Assembly (NCBI GenBank): GCA_963933835.1
Contig: CAWVVV010000002.1
Location: 32,001 to 96,000, forward strand
Source: an uncultured Puniceicoccaceae bacterium
Lineage (GTDB): Bacteria > Verrucomicrobiota > Verrucomicrobiia > Opitutales > Oceanipulchritudinaceae
Direction: 5' to 3'
Length of the DNA: 64,000 nt
Shown here one piece after another: positions 9,194 to 19,117 of this stretch (the stretch's first letter is position 1; every line of letters starts with the position of its first letter). The notes beneath the pieces were generated by a model, which was not told the origin of the DNA, ran no database searches, and saw only the letters and a list, made by a program, of their open reading frames with translations. The translations under genes were made by a program, and so were the position numbers.

Positions 9194-10210
9194 TCAGCTC
9201 GCGTCAGGATCAGGAGCCGCATCGAGCTCGGCAACGACTTCGACCCAGCGATCTATGGGGAGAATCGTACCAACAAGCTGCACGACCTCTGCCGCGAGGA
9301 AGGAACCGTGGTGCCCGCATGTCGCAAGATCACGCCCTTTCAGCCAGCTGTGCAAAAACCCAGCCGCCCAGAGGTCACCCGCTGCCGTCGTATCAACCAC
9401 CTTCGAGGCCGGAACCGGAGCGATCCGGTGAAGGACTTTTTGCTCATCATGGATCAAAGCGCCCTCGGCACCCACTTTCAGGACCGAAATCGGGCAGTAT
9501 CCGCCCAGCGCCTCGGCCATTTCCGTATGGCCCATATCTTCGCCGATCAGAGCGGCGGCCTCTTCTTCATTCGCAAGCACGATGTCGACGTATTCGCGCA
9601 GGATGCCTTCCAACCGCCCGCGGCAGGCACGGACAACTTCAAATGATCCCAAATCAAGACTGATCGTGCACTGCGCTTGACTTGCTGCATCGAGAATCGC
9701 CTGCATCAAATCGTCATTAAAAAGCAAATACCCCTCGATGTGGGCATGTCGGCAGCCTTCGAAAGCTGCTGGAGTGATTTCATCGGGCCGCAGGGTCGCC
9801 GCCGCGCCGAGGTAGGTGCGCATCGTTCGGGCACCATCTGGGGTGATGAGTGAGAGGCAGCGACCGTTGGCCATGTCTCCGTGAATAAGGCGACTCCCGT
9901 CTCCGCCGACCGAAGCAAAGCGTCCAGAGTAAAGTTGAGCTGAGGCATCGTTCCCTACTTTACCGAGGAAGGCCGTTCGCAGACCAAGGCGGGCCACAGC
10001 AAAGGCAGTGTTCCCAGCTGCTCCGCCCGGAGCCTCCTCCAGTGCGCAAGTCACTTGCTTCAGAAGCGTAGCCATCTCCCCTTCATCGACGAGCACCATG
10101 CCACCTTTTTCACCGTCTACGCCGGAGAGGAAGGCTTCGTCGATCTTCGCTAGGGAATCTACGATCGGCGAACCTACGCCGATCAGATCAATTGAATGTG
10201 TCTTCGTCAT
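9194..10210 (-). CDS. PfkB-family carbohydrate/adenosine kinase
   Basis: PGGAAGNT, ANEEEA, VVDTTAAGD. Confidence 0.9.
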   Translation of the reverse strand: MTKTHSIDLIGVGSPIVDSLAKIDEAFLSGVDGEKGGMVLVDEGEMATLLKQVTCALEEAPGGAAGNTAFAVARLGLRTAFLGKVGNDASAQLYSGRFASVGGDGSRLIHGDMANGRCLSLITPDGARTMRTYLGAAATLRPDEITPAAFEGCRHAHIEGYLLFNDDLMQAILDAASQAQCTISLDLGSFEVVRACRGRLEGILREYVDIVLANEEEAAALIGEDMGHTEMAEALGGYCPISVLKVGAEGALIHDEQKVLHRIAPVPASKVVDTTAAGDLWAAGFLHSWLKGRDLATCGHHGSFLAAEVVQLVGTILPIDRWVEVVAELDAAPDPDAS

Positions 10211-10226
10211 TTTTGGGAAATTGGTC

Positions 10227-10610
10227 TTAGTTCACACCAAGGTTGGTGACTAAAATCGGTTCATCATTCACTTCAATAACAACGGCATACATCCCTGCTC
10301 GGGACAGCTCCATGTTATGCATTTCGTTAATGATATTAATTTTATGCAGCGGGCTTTCGGAAGAAAAGGTGCGCTCTACGACCTGCTCCACCTCCGCCAC
10401 ATTTGGGCCAAAGGAAATCCGGAGGTTGTGCTCGCCCTCCGGGACATCCGAAAGGGTCAAAAACCAAACCATGCGTGGGTGTTTGGCCGGAAACTCACGG
10501 GCTTGAATATTTGAAAAACAACCGAGCAAGTAGTGCTTCCCCGTCGATGGGTCGAGGTGGACCGCATCGCAGATTTGCCAGCACAAAATTTGGGGTTTCA
10601 CTTGATTCAT
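10227..10610 (-). CDS. Conserved hypothetical beta-rich protein (DUF6941-like)
   Basis: ICDAVHLDPSTGKHYLLGCF pattern; co-oriented with the operon. Confidence 0.7.
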   Translation of the reverse strand: MNQVKPQILCWQICDAVHLDPSTGKHYLLGCFSNIQAREFPAKHPRMVWFLTLSDVPEGEHNLRISFGPNVAEVEQVVERTFSSESPLHKINIINEMHNMELSRAGMYAVVIEVNDEPILVTNLGVN

Positions 10611-10740
10611 CGAAGTTTTCAGGCGCCACTAAGGAGGAGATAAGATGCCTTGTAAAGGGCCACCTAACAAGTAAATAGAGCCGGCCGGTGTGACCAAGAT
10701 TTCCCCTCGACCCGACCCCAATGAGTGGCACTCTAATCCC

Positions 10741-12351
10741 ATGCAGCATCAATTTGATGTCCTGGTTATCGGTAGCGGTATTGCCGGCTTAAGCTTCGCC
10801 CTCAAGGTCGCAGCCCAAGGTCACAAAGTCGCTATCTTGACTAAGAAGAACCGCGCCGAAAGTAATACAAACTACGCCCAGGGAGGCATCGCGGCCGTCA
10901 CTTCTTCCAGTGATGACTTCGAGCTTCACGTCAATGACACCCTCACTGCGGGTGACGGGCTCTGTGACGAAACCGTCGTTCGTGCCATCATCGGCGAGGC
11001 CCCAGAGCGCGTCCAGGAACTGATCGATCTCGGGGTTGAGTTCTCCCAGCTCGACGACGGGCGCGTCTCGCTCCACCGCGAAGGCGGCCACTCCAAGCGG
11101 CGCATTCTTCACGTTAAAGACATCACTGGGCGGGCGATTGAGAATGCTCTCCTCGCTGGCATCGAGGCTTCCCGCAACATCACACTTTTCGAGCACACCC
11201 TCGCGATCGACCTCATAACGAGCCGAAAGCTCGCCCTCGGTGGCTTTCCGGTCAGCAGTGACGCCGAAGGCGTCGTCGGACTCTACGCCCTCAATCGCGT
11301 CTCGGGCAACGTCGAGACGTTCTCCGCGCCGGCTGTTCTCCTCGCAACCGGCGGCGTGGGTCAGATCTACCCTTACACGACAAACCCTGCCATCGCAACG
11401 GGCGACGGGCTCGCGATGGCCTACCGCGCCGGAGCAGAGATTCGAAACCTAGAGTGTATCCAGTTTCATCCTACCGCCCTCTATTCACCCGACGGCTCAC
11501 GTTTCCTCATCAGTGAGGCGGTTCGCGGAGAAGGAGCGATCCTTCGCAATTTCGCTGGCGAGACCTTCATGGATCGCTACGACGAACGCAAAGAGCTCGC
11601 TCCCCGCGATATCGTTGCCCGCGCGATTGACAGTCAGATGAAGAAATCGGGTAGCCCGCACGTCTGGCTCGACATCACTCATCGCAGCGAAGAAGAGCTC
11701 AAAGACATCTTCCCCAACATCTTTAAAGCCTGCGCCAAACAGGGTCTCAACATGGCGACAGACAAAATCCCCGTCGTGCCCGCCATGCACTACCTCTGCG
11801 GAGGTGTGAAAATCAATCTCGATGGGGCGACCGAAATTCCTGGCCTCTATGCCTGCGGCGAAGTCAGCTGCTCCGGGCTCCATGGTGCGAATCGCCTCGC
11901 GAGCAACAGTCTACTTGAAGCCGTCGTCCTCGCAAACCGCGCTGCGCGCAGTATCGACAAACACTTAAAAACCGCTGCACCACGTATTAAAAATCTCCCT
12001 ACATGGGTGGATGGAGATCTTCAGGACAGTGATGAGCGCGTCGTCATCGCTCACAACAACGAGGAACTCAAACGGGCGATGTGGGACTATGTTGGCATCG
12101 TGCGGACAACGAAGCGCCTCCGTCGCGCCCAGACGCGTATCAAGCACCTCAAGCGCGAAATCGAAGACTACTACCGGAACTTTAAGGTCGAGCCCTCGCT
12201 CCTCGAGCTGCGTAACCTCGTCGAGATCGCAGACCTCATCGTCCTCAGCGCGATGCAGCGTAAAGAAAGCCGAGGTCTCCACTACACCCTCGACTACCCG
12301 GACAAACATCCGAGCCCGATCAACACCGTCGTTCGGCGCAAACAAGGGTAG
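10741..12351 (+). CDS. nadB: L-aspartate oxidase
   Basis: GSGIAGL, SNTNYAQGGIA, QFHPT, LISEAVRGEG, LHGANRLASNSLLE, ESRGLHY; ATG 10741. Confidence 0.96.
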   Translation: MQHQFDVLVIGSGIAGLSFALKVAAQGHKVAILTKKNRAESNTNYAQGGIAAVTSSSDDFELHVNDTLTAGDGLCDETVVRAIIGEAPERVQELIDLGVEFSQLDDGRVSLHREGGHSKRRILHVKDITGRAIENALLAGIEASRNITLFEHTLAIDLITSRKLALGGFPVSSDAEGVVGLYALNRVSGNVETFSAPAVLLATGGVGQIYPYTTNPAIATGDGLAMAYRAGAEIRNLECIQFHPTALYSPDGSRFLISEAVRGEGAILRNFAGETFMDRYDERKELAPRDIVARAIDSQMKKSGSPHVWLDITHRSEEELKDIFPNIFKACAKQGLNMATDKIPVVPAMHYLCGGVKINLDGATEIPGLYACGEVSCSGLHGANRLASNSLLEAVVLANRAARSIDKHLKTAAPRIKNLPTWVDGDLQDSDERVVIAHNNEELKRAMWDYVGIVRTTKRLRRAQTRIKHLKREIEDYYRNFKVEPSLLELRNLVEIADLIVLSAMQRKESRGLHYTLDYPDKHPSPINTVVRRKQG

Positions 12352-12353
12352 GC

Positions 12354-13295
12354 ATGAGTGACGTAGGAACGATCGCTATCGTTGGAACGGGAGCTCTCGG
12401 CGGCTATGTCGGAGCGCACCTCGCCAAAGACAACAACTCGGTTCGCTTTCTCGTTCGCCGCGACTACGACGCACTGAAGCAGCACGGATTCCATGTCCGA
12501 CTCGTCGATGCCGAAGACTTCACTGTCCCTGCGCCGAAGATCTTTCAATCGCCCAGCGAGATCGGACACGTCGACCTCGTCATCGTAGCGCTGAAGACGA
12601 CTCAGAACGAGAGCCTCGCACAGTTGCTTCCGCCCCTCGTCGGAGAACACACTCAACTCCTCACGATTCAGAATGGCCTCGGCAATGTAGAGCGATTGAG
12701 TGCGCTTTTTCCGCAGAATAAAGTCCTTGGAGGGCTCTGCCAGATCGGGGTCGACCGCGAAGCACCTGGTCGGCTCGTCAGCTATGTCCCCGGTGGAGGT
12801 TCGATCCAAGTCGGCGCAGGCGCTCATGCGACGATGGATGATGTCGATGCCATCGCCACGATGCTTAAAGACAGCGGGCTCAAGACGCGCAGTCTCGAAA
12901 GCCTCGGCGAAGCCCTTTGGCGAAAACTGATGTGGAACGTGCCCTTCAATGGGCTGACCGTTGCGACTGGTGGACACACCACCGACCACATCGTAGGCAC
13001 ACCGGCCCTCCGTGAACTCAGCACGGCCCTCATGAATGAACTCGTGACCGCCGCCAATGCCCTCGGCTTTCCGATCGAAAGTTCCTTTACCGAAAAACAA
13101 ATTGGCTTCACCGATAAGCTGGGAGCCTATCCACCCTCCTCGCTCGTTGACTGGCGGGCCAAGCGCCCGATCGAAGTCGAAGCGATCTGGGGCGAGCCTT
13201 TGCGCCAAGGCGCCAGCGTCGGGGTCGAGATGCCTCACCTCCAGACCCTCCATGCGATTCTCGAAGGCCTGAATGCGTCCTTACTGAAGAGTTAG
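12354..13295 (+). CDS. panE: 2-dehydropantoate 2-reductase
   Basis: IVGTGALGG, LTIQNGLG, WRKLMWNVPFN, IEVEAIWG. Confidence 0.9.
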   Translation: MSDVGTIAIVGTGALGGYVGAHLAKDNNSVRFLVRRDYDALKQHGFHVRLVDAEDFTVPAPKIFQSPSEIGHVDLVIVALKTTQNESLAQLLPPLVGEHTQLLTIQNGLGNVERLSALFPQNKVLGGLCQIGVDREAPGRLVSYVPGGGSIQVGAGAHATMDDVDAIATMLKDSGLKTRSLESLGEALWRKLMWNVPFNGLTVATGGHTTDHIVGTPALRELSTALMNELVTAANALGFPIESSFTEKQIGFTDKLGAYPPSSLVDWRAKRPIEVEAIWGEPLRQGASVGVEMPHLQTLHAILEGLNASLLKS

Positions 13296-13353
13296 AGTCT
13301 TCTAAACAATTTCGCCGTTGCCCTAGATAGGCATCCCGCAAAACGTGAACGGC

Positions 13354-14121
13354 ATGGACACTCCCGACCTCATCGCTCTCGGAAAACTCGCTGAAGACGC
13401 TGCTCGCGCCGCCGGCCAAATCCTCCGCGATGAAGGCAAAAGCCTCCGCGAAGTCACCTTTTCCGATCAACGCGATGTGAAACTCGCCGCCGATTCAGCC
13501 GCCGAAGAGCTCATCCGCAAGATGCTCGGTAAAGCTTCCGACATCCCCGTCTATGGCGAAGAACTCGGGGGCGACAGTGGACTGATCGACCGTGGCGAAC
13601 TCGTCTGGGTCGTCGACCCGCTCGATGGCACTTTCAACTACCTCCGTGGCAACCCGCTCTGCGCCGTCAGCATCGGACTGATGCGTGGCGAAGAGCCCCT
13701 CTTCGGCGTTATCTACGACTTTAACAATGACCGCCTCTTCAAAGGCAGCTCCGTTGAGCCCTTCACCATCAATGGCGAAACACATACCCCTGAATGGGCC
13801 GACAGTCTCAGCAACGCCGGACTCTGCACCGGCTTTCCGATTGGGATGAATCGCGACGCCACATCGATGACCCAGTTCGTCGAGCTCATCGCCCCGTACA
13901 AGAAAGTCCGCATGGTCGGCACCGCTGCCCTCGCCATTGCGATGGTCGCCAGCGGGCAAGTGGATGCCTACTACGAATCGAACATTCGCCTCTGGGATGT
14001 CGCCGCAGGCCTCGCCCTCGTCAAAGCCGCCGGAGGCACTCTCAAGATGACCCGTGGAAATCCCGACCTCCCCCTCGCCTACGACGTCTGGGCCGCCGGC
14101 AAACCGATCTTCATCCAGTAG
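13354..14121 (+). CDS. Inositol monophosphatase family protein
   Basis: WVVDPLDGTFNY and LWDVAAG motifs. Confidence 0.9.
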   Translation: MDTPDLIALGKLAEDAARAAGQILRDEGKSLREVTFSDQRDVKLAADSAAEELIRKMLGKASDIPVYGEELGGDSGLIDRGELVWVVDPLDGTFNYLRGNPLCAVSIGLMRGEEPLFGVIYDFNNDRLFKGSSVEPFTINGETHTPEWADSLSNAGLCTGFPIGMNRDATSMTQFVELIAPYKKVRMVGTAALAIAMVASGQVDAYYESNIRLWDVAAGLALVKAAGGTLKMTRGNPDLPLAYDVWAAGKPIFIQ

Positions 14122-14158
14122 TAGCACAGAACAAAAGCCAGAGCTTCTTCAATCTAGA

Positions 14159-14345
14159 TTTACCACAGAGGACACAGAGAGCACAGAGTTTATGTGCATT
14201 TTGTGGTTCCAACTCTACAGAGCCTAAGAACATCCGTGTCCATCCGTGGTTAAACTTACAGAACTTTCGCCTCTGTGTCCTCTGTGGTGAATTTTACAGA
14301 GCCTCAGCCCAGAGCCTTAGCTCTTCGTGTCCTTCGTGGTGAAAA
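14159..14345. repeat. Intergenic inverted/direct repeat cassette (CACAGAG / nnnGTG...GTGGT units)
   Basis: Perfect 18-bp inverted repeat ACCACAGAGGACACAGAG (14162-14179) / CTCTGTGTCCTCTGTGGT (14271-14288), plus variant arms ending in GTGGT at 14207, 14250 and 14340. Confidence 0.88.
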
Positions 14346-14357
14346 GCAGTCCGGCGC

Positions 14358-15023
14358 TTAGTCGCGGCTTGCTGCGAGGAAGTAGAGCAGCCACGCGAGC
14401 GAGCTGACGAAGGCAGCGACATAGGTCCACCCAGCAGCATCGAGTGTCTCGTCGACACCCTTGCGCTCATCTGGGCTCAAAATGCCGGTACCGACGAGGG
14501 CAAGTTTAGCGCGCTTCGAGGCATCAAACTCTACCGGCAACGTCACGAGGTTGAAGAGCGTGATCGCGCCGTAGGCGACAACGCCCAGGATCGTCAGTCC
14601 CGTCATTCCGAGAAAGAAGCCACCGAACATCATCACCATGAGGAGGTTGTTCGCGATCCCAACGACAGGCACGAGTGCCATGCGCGCCTTCAAGGCTGAG
14701 TAGCCTTGCGCGTGCTGGATGGCGTGGCCCGCTTCGTGCGCCGCGACGCCGAGGGCAGCGAGACTGTGGCCGTGGTAATTCTCTTCGCTGAGTACGAGGT
14801 TCTTCGTCACCGGGTTGTAGTGGTCGGTGAGGTGCCCGCGCGTCGAAGTGATTTGCACCCCTTCAACCCCCGCGGAACGCATCACATATTCAGCCGCTTC
14901 GCGACCCGTGATTCCACTGCGTGCGGAATATTTCGACCACTTACCATAGGCCCCCTGCACGCGATTCTGCGCCCAAAGTCCAATGATCATCGTGAATGCA
15001 ATAACTAGAATGAAAAGTAGCAT
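14358..15023 (-). CDS. Membrane zinc metallopeptidase (YugP-like)
   Basis: LTDHYNP, AAHEAGHAIQH, TLPVEFDASKRA, AAGWTYVAA. Confidence 0.92.
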   Translation of the reverse strand: MLLFILVIAFTMIIGLWAQNRVQGAYGKWSKYSARSGITGREAAEYVMRSAGVEGVQITSTRGHLTDHYNPVTKNLVLSEENYHGHSLAALGVAAHEAGHAIQHAQGYSALKARMALVPVVGIANNLLMVMMFGGFFLGMTGLTILGVVAYGAITLFNLVTLPVEFDASKRAKLALVGTGILSPDERKGVDETLDAAGWTYVAAFVSSLAWLLYFLAASRD

Positions 15024-15054
15024 AGGTGTGGTTGTGTTAGAAGTGCCTTCCTAG

Positions 15055-15070
15055 AGCAAATCAAATGCCG
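15055..15070 (-). promoter_or_regulatory. Putative sigma-54 (-24/-12) promoter of the YugP-like gene
   Basis: Minus strand CGGCATTTGATTTGCT = GG-N10-GC with GGCA and TTGC cores, about 30 nt upstream of the ATG. Confidence 0.55.
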
Positions 15071-15322
15071 GCCCACGCACAAGCGCTTCGTTCCGATTTA
15101 AACTTCCTTAACGCCTCAAGCGAAGCCGCATAAACCATCTGATGACGTGAATGTCCCGAGCGTTCAGAATCAGAGAACAGCCGAGCGAAGCCATTGCCTC
15201 CCCTGCGCCAGTGTGTCCCTAGGTGCGCCAGCCTTGGGCACAATAGGCGTCATACGTATAATATAAAGGTTTCCCAAAACAGCGTATCCCATTTTCACGA
15301 CACAGAAGCCAAGTCTTCCCCG

Positions 15323-17374
15323 CTAAGCCAGCCCGCGGGCTTTGAGCAGTGCTTCGGGATCGGGATTTCTGCCCATGAAGTTGCGGAAGAGTTCTTCGGG
15401 GGGAGCGCTGTTTCCTTTGGAGAGGATGGATTCGCGGAAGGCGTGGCCGGTCTCCGAATTCATCACGCCATCAGCTTCGAAGCGGGAGAAGGCATCGGAG
15501 GCGAGGACGTCGGCCCACATGTAGCTGTAGTAACCTGCGGCGTATCCAACGGCATCACTGAAGAGGTGTCCGAAGGTGCGGAGGTTGCTCCGTGGTTGGC
15601 TGGCTAACGGAGTGAGATACTCGGCATTTAAATCGCGCCACCAATCTTCGAGCGAAGGCTTTTCGGCGAGGAGCTGGGTCGCATTGAGATGGAGCATCAG
15701 GTCGGTCCGTCCGAAGGCGAGCTGGCGGACCATGAAGCTCGCGCTTCGAAAGGTCTTTGTCTTGAGGAGGTTTTTGAAAATCTCTTCTGGAATCGGTTCA
15801 CCTGTTTCGTGGTGACGTGCGAAGCGGTCGAGGCTGACGCGTTCCCAGCACCAGTTTTCTAGAATCTGCGAAGGCAGTTCGACAAAATCCCAAGCAACAT
15901 CGGTCCCACCGAGGGACGCGACTTCAACTTCGCTCAAGAGGTGATGGAGGAGATGGCCGAACTCATGAAAGACGGTCTCAACTTCACCATGGAGGAGAAG
16001 GGCTGGCTGATCACCGAGTGGTCGGGTCATGTTACCCGCCATCGCCCCGAGGCAAGGCTTGTCACCACTCTCGGAGCGCATCGGTGTCATCCAAGCACCA
16101 CTGCGTTTTGTCTCACGTGGAAACCAGTCGGTGTAAAAGAGACCGCAGTGGCGATTCGTCTTAGAATCAAAAATATCGAAGGCCTGCACATCGGGATGCC
16201 AGACGGGCGGTTTTGCATCGCCTGTGCGCTCGACAACGCGGACCCCGAAGAGTTCCTCAGTGAGGGAGAAGAGTCCTTCGATGACCCGGTTGACCTGAAA
16301 ATAGGGGCGCAAGCTCTCCTCGTCGAAGGAGCACTCTGCCATCCGCAATTTCTCCGACCAGTAGCCGACGTCCCACGCTTCCATGGGCGAGTTGTCGCCT
16401 GACTTCGCCTTAAATTCTTGCAGCTCATCACACTCATCGCGAAACCGCGGTGCGATGCGGCTGTGCAAATCTTCTTCGAAGGCGAGGGCTGCCTTGCCGT
16501 TTTTTGCCATCCGGCGAGAGAGCACATGGTCAGCAAAATTAGCCATGCCGAGGATCTCTGCCTGCTCCTGTCGGAGGCGAAGAATGTCCCAGATCAAAGG
16601 CTCATTCGCATGCGGTGCTTCGGTCGCAAGGGCGTAGTAAGCGTTGAGGATGTCGCGACGCAGTTCGCGGTCTTCCGCGTAGCGCATGACGGGCATAAAA
16701 GACGGCGCTTGGAGCGTAAAACGCCAGACTGGTTGATCGTCTGTCCCCAGCTTTTTCTCTTTTGCTTCCTGGAGGGCAGCGGCGCGGGCGCTTTCAGGCA
16801 GACCCGCGAGGCGCGCTTCATCTTCCACCACAAGCTCGAAGGCATTGAGCGTATCGAGATGATTTTCGCCGTATTGAGTCGTGATCTTCGCCAGCTCCTC
16901 GGCAATCGCCATGAGGCGGTCTTTCTTTGCATCCGGGAGATCAGCGCCGGATTCGCGAAAGTCATTCATCGTCTCTTCGACGAAGCGCTGCTGGACCGGC
17001 AAGAGCTGACTGACAGCGGAGCTCTCACCAAAGGCCTTGAGCACCTTCCAGATCTCAGCATTGAGCGGTAGGCCGGAGAAAAAGCGCGTCACCTTCGGCT
17101 GGGCGATCTTGAAGGCAGCGCGAAAGGCTTCCGTGTTATCGACCGACTCTAGGTGCGAAATGAGACCCCACGCATTGGAGACCTGATCAACGAGTGTCTC
17201 AAAGGTGGCGAAGGTCGAGGCATAGGTCACTGCATCGAGGGGCTGCGCAACGAGCTGAGATATCTCAGCTTCGGCGCGAACAATCGCTGCGTCCATATCC
17301 GGCACGATGTGCTCGGGTGAGAGATCGGTCCACGGCGCCTCAAGGGCGGTCGACAAAAAGGGATGAGTAGTCAT
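15323..17374 (-). CDS. prlC: Oligopeptidase A (M3 family)
   Basis: FHEFGHLLH, VAWDFVELPSQILENWCW, YAAGYYSYMWADVL, KRSGAWM. Confidence 0.93.
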   Translation of the reverse strand: MTTHPFLSTALEAPWTDLSPEHIVPDMDAAIVRAEAEISQLVAQPLDAVTYASTFATFETLVDQVSNAWGLISHLESVDNTEAFRAAFKIAQPKVTRFFSGLPLNAEIWKVLKAFGESSAVSQLLPVQQRFVEETMNDFRESGADLPDAKKDRLMAIAEELAKITTQYGENHLDTLNAFELVVEDEARLAGLPESARAAALQEAKEKKLGTDDQPVWRFTLQAPSFMPVMRYAEDRELRRDILNAYYALATEAPHANEPLIWDILRLRQEQAEILGMANFADHVLSRRMAKNGKAALAFEEDLHSRIAPRFRDECDELQEFKAKSGDNSPMEAWDVGYWSEKLRMAECSFDEESLRPYFQVNRVIEGLFSLTEELFGVRVVERTGDAKPPVWHPDVQAFDIFDSKTNRHCGLFYTDWFPRETKRSGAWMTPMRSESGDKPCLGAMAGNMTRPLGDQPALLLHGEVETVFHEFGHLLHHLLSEVEVASLGGTDVAWDFVELPSQILENWCWERVSLDRFARHHETGEPIPEEIFKNLLKTKTFRSASFMVRQLAFGRTDLMLHLNATQLLAEKPSLEDWWRDLNAEYLTPLASQPRSNLRTFGHLFSDAVGYAAGYYSYMWADVLASDAFSRFEADGVMNSETGHAFRESILSKGNSAPPEELFRNFMGRNPDPEALLKARGLA

Positions 17375-17406
17375 AGAAGTTTGTGTATCTAATATCTAAA
17401 TACACT

Positions 17407-18570
17407 TTAGAGCGTCAGCGACTTATCTAGGCTTTTCGCTTTCTCAAGTGCATCAGGCAGCTCGGGGGCGAGCATGGTAAAATGTCCCATCTTACGTCCG
17501 GGTCGAGCCTCAGCCTTCCCGTAGAGATGTAGCTTTGCTCGCGGTTCTTCGAGCAGCACCTTCCAGTCTGGTTGACCGCCGGCAGGCCAGCGATCGCCGA
17601 GCAGATTTACCATCACGGCGGCAGAAAGCGCATCCGGTGCGCCCAGCGGCAGCCCCGCCACAGCGCGGATGTGCTGCTCAAACTGACTCGTGACGGCGGC
17701 GTCGAGGGTGACGTGTCCGCTGTTGTGTGGACGCGGAGCGAGCTCGTTGACAATCCATTTGCCACCCTGAGTGAGGAAGAGCTCAACCGTGATCAGGCCG
17801 ACGGCTTGCAGCTCGCGAGTGATCGCGAGAGCGAGGGCCTGTGCTTCGGCCTCGAGATCTGGGCAGATACGAGCGGGCCAAATCGTTGTATCCAGGATAT
17901 GGTTACAATGCTCGTTCTCAAAAACCGGATATGCCTGCTCTTCACCCGCTGTATTGCGTGCGCAGACGACGGAAAATTCATTCTCGAAGGTGATCCATTT
18001 TTCGAGGACGCAGGGAACTTCTCCAAGTTTGGTCCAGGCGTCGGCAAGGTCGGTTGACTCGGAAAGCTTGATCTGGCCTTTGCCGTCGTAGCCAGAGTCG
18101 GCGGTCTTGAGCACGCTCGGGAATCCCAGCTCAGCAACGGCGGCGCGCAGCTCATCAACCGAAGAGATGGAAGCGAAAGGAACACAGGGGAAGCCGTTAT
18201 CGCGCAGAAAGGATTTCTCTTTCAGGCGGTGCTGACAGACTTCAAGCACTGATCGCCCAGGGCACACCGCAACGGTCTGCTCAAGATGGGCCAGCGTTCC
18301 TTTCGGGATGTTTTCAAATTCGAGGGTTATGCGATCAGTGCGGCGGGCGAGCTCGTCGAGCGCCGCCTTGTCGTCAAAGGGAGCCGCGATCACAGCGTCC
18401 GCAACCGAGGCTGCTGGGGCTGCCTGTCCACCGGGATCGAGAACGACAAAGTGGTATCCCAGTTTCCGACCAGCGAGCAGACTCATGCGACCAAGTTGAC
18501 CGCCGCCGAGCATTCCAATCGTCGCACCGGGCGGAAGCATCGGTAAAGGTTGAGCGGCTGCGTTACTCAC
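17407..18570 (-). CDS. purK: N5-carboxyaminoimidazole ribonucleotide synthase
   Basis: [33 protein letters not shown]...RPGRKMGH. Confidence 0.96.
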   Translation of the reverse strand: MSNAAAQPLPMLPPGATIGMLGGGQLGRMSLLAGRKLGYHFVVLDPGGQAAPAASVADAVIAAPFDDKAALDELARRTDRITLEFENIPKGTLAHLEQTVAVCPGRSVLEVCQHRLKEKSFLRDNGFPCVPFASISSVDELRAAVAELGFPSVLKTADSGYDGKGQIKLSESTDLADAWTKLGEVPCVLEKWITFENEFSVVCARNTAGEEQAYPVFENEHCNHILDTTIWPARICPDLEAEAQALALAITRELQAVGLITVELFLTQGGKWIVNELAPRPHNSGHVTLDAAVTSQFEQHIRAVAGLPLGAPDALSAAVMVNLLGDRWPAGGQPDWKVLLEEPRAKLHLYGKAEARPGRKMGHFTMLAPELPDALEKAKSLDKSLTL

Positions 18571-19078
18571 TAGCGGGCAAGTCTGGGAGGTCAGCGCCCA
18601 GAACAGTTTCAGTTTGAGTCGCCCGCCAAGCAGCGAGCTTTTCGTTCAAGGCGGCATCGTTGAGGGCTAGAATAGCAGCAGCAGTGAGGCCGGCGTTTTT
18701 GGCTCCGGCAGAACCGATTGCAAAGGTGGGGACGGGAATGCCGCCGGGCATTTGCACGATCGAAAGGAGCGAATCCATCCCCTTCAAAGCTCGGGACTCT
18801 ACGGGCACTCCGAGGACAGGTATGAGCGTCATGCTCGCTGTCATGCCGGGGAGGTGGGCCGCGCCGCCAGCACCGGCGATAATGACTTTGAGGCCGCGGT
18901 GGGCCGCAGTTTTGGCGTAATCGCAGAGGAGCTCAGGCGTACGGTGAGCGCTTACAATGCGCTTCTCAAAGGCGATGCCCAGCGCTTCGAGGATTTCGGC
19001 CGCCGCTTTCATCGTCTGCCAATCTGAGAGACTGCCCATAATGAGACCAACTTGGGCGGGAGGGGTTCCGGTAGTCAT
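18563..19078 (-). CDS. purE: N5-CAIR mutase
   Basis: [36 protein letters not shown]. Confidence 0.97.
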   Translation of the reverse strand: MTTGTPPAQVGLIMGSLSDWQTMKAAAEILEALGIAFEKRIVSAHRTPELLCDYAKTAAHRGLKVIIAGAGGAAHLPGMTASMTLIPVLGVPVESRALKGMDSLLSIVQMPGGIPVPTFAIGSAGAKNAGLTAAAILALNDAALNEKLAAWRATQTETVLGADLPDLPASE

Positions 19079-19117
19079 AAACGCCACGATGAGCCTGCCG
19101 CGCAGCAGATCAAGGCT

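Noticed and set aside
7849..9234. Extended starts in the ORF track (proA 9234, nadB 10690, MECR-like 38486, oppF 40791, phosphoesterase 50162)
   Set aside because: Extensions overlap neighbours or lack family similarity; downstream starts were used.
14159..14345. CRISPR array
   Set aside because: Units are not identical, spacers are short and share a motif, one arm is inverted, and no cas genes are present.
15098..15253. Minus-strand frame with three in-frame TGA codons; with the TGA at 53202 it hinted at TGA recoding
   Set aside because: TGA terminates conserved genes here (nspC, thiS, birA, truA) and long genes contain no internal TGA; more likely non-coding or a decayed remnant.
17386..17399. 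TATCTAA x2 between purK and prlC
   Set aside because: Only two units with no inverted partner; compatible with chance.
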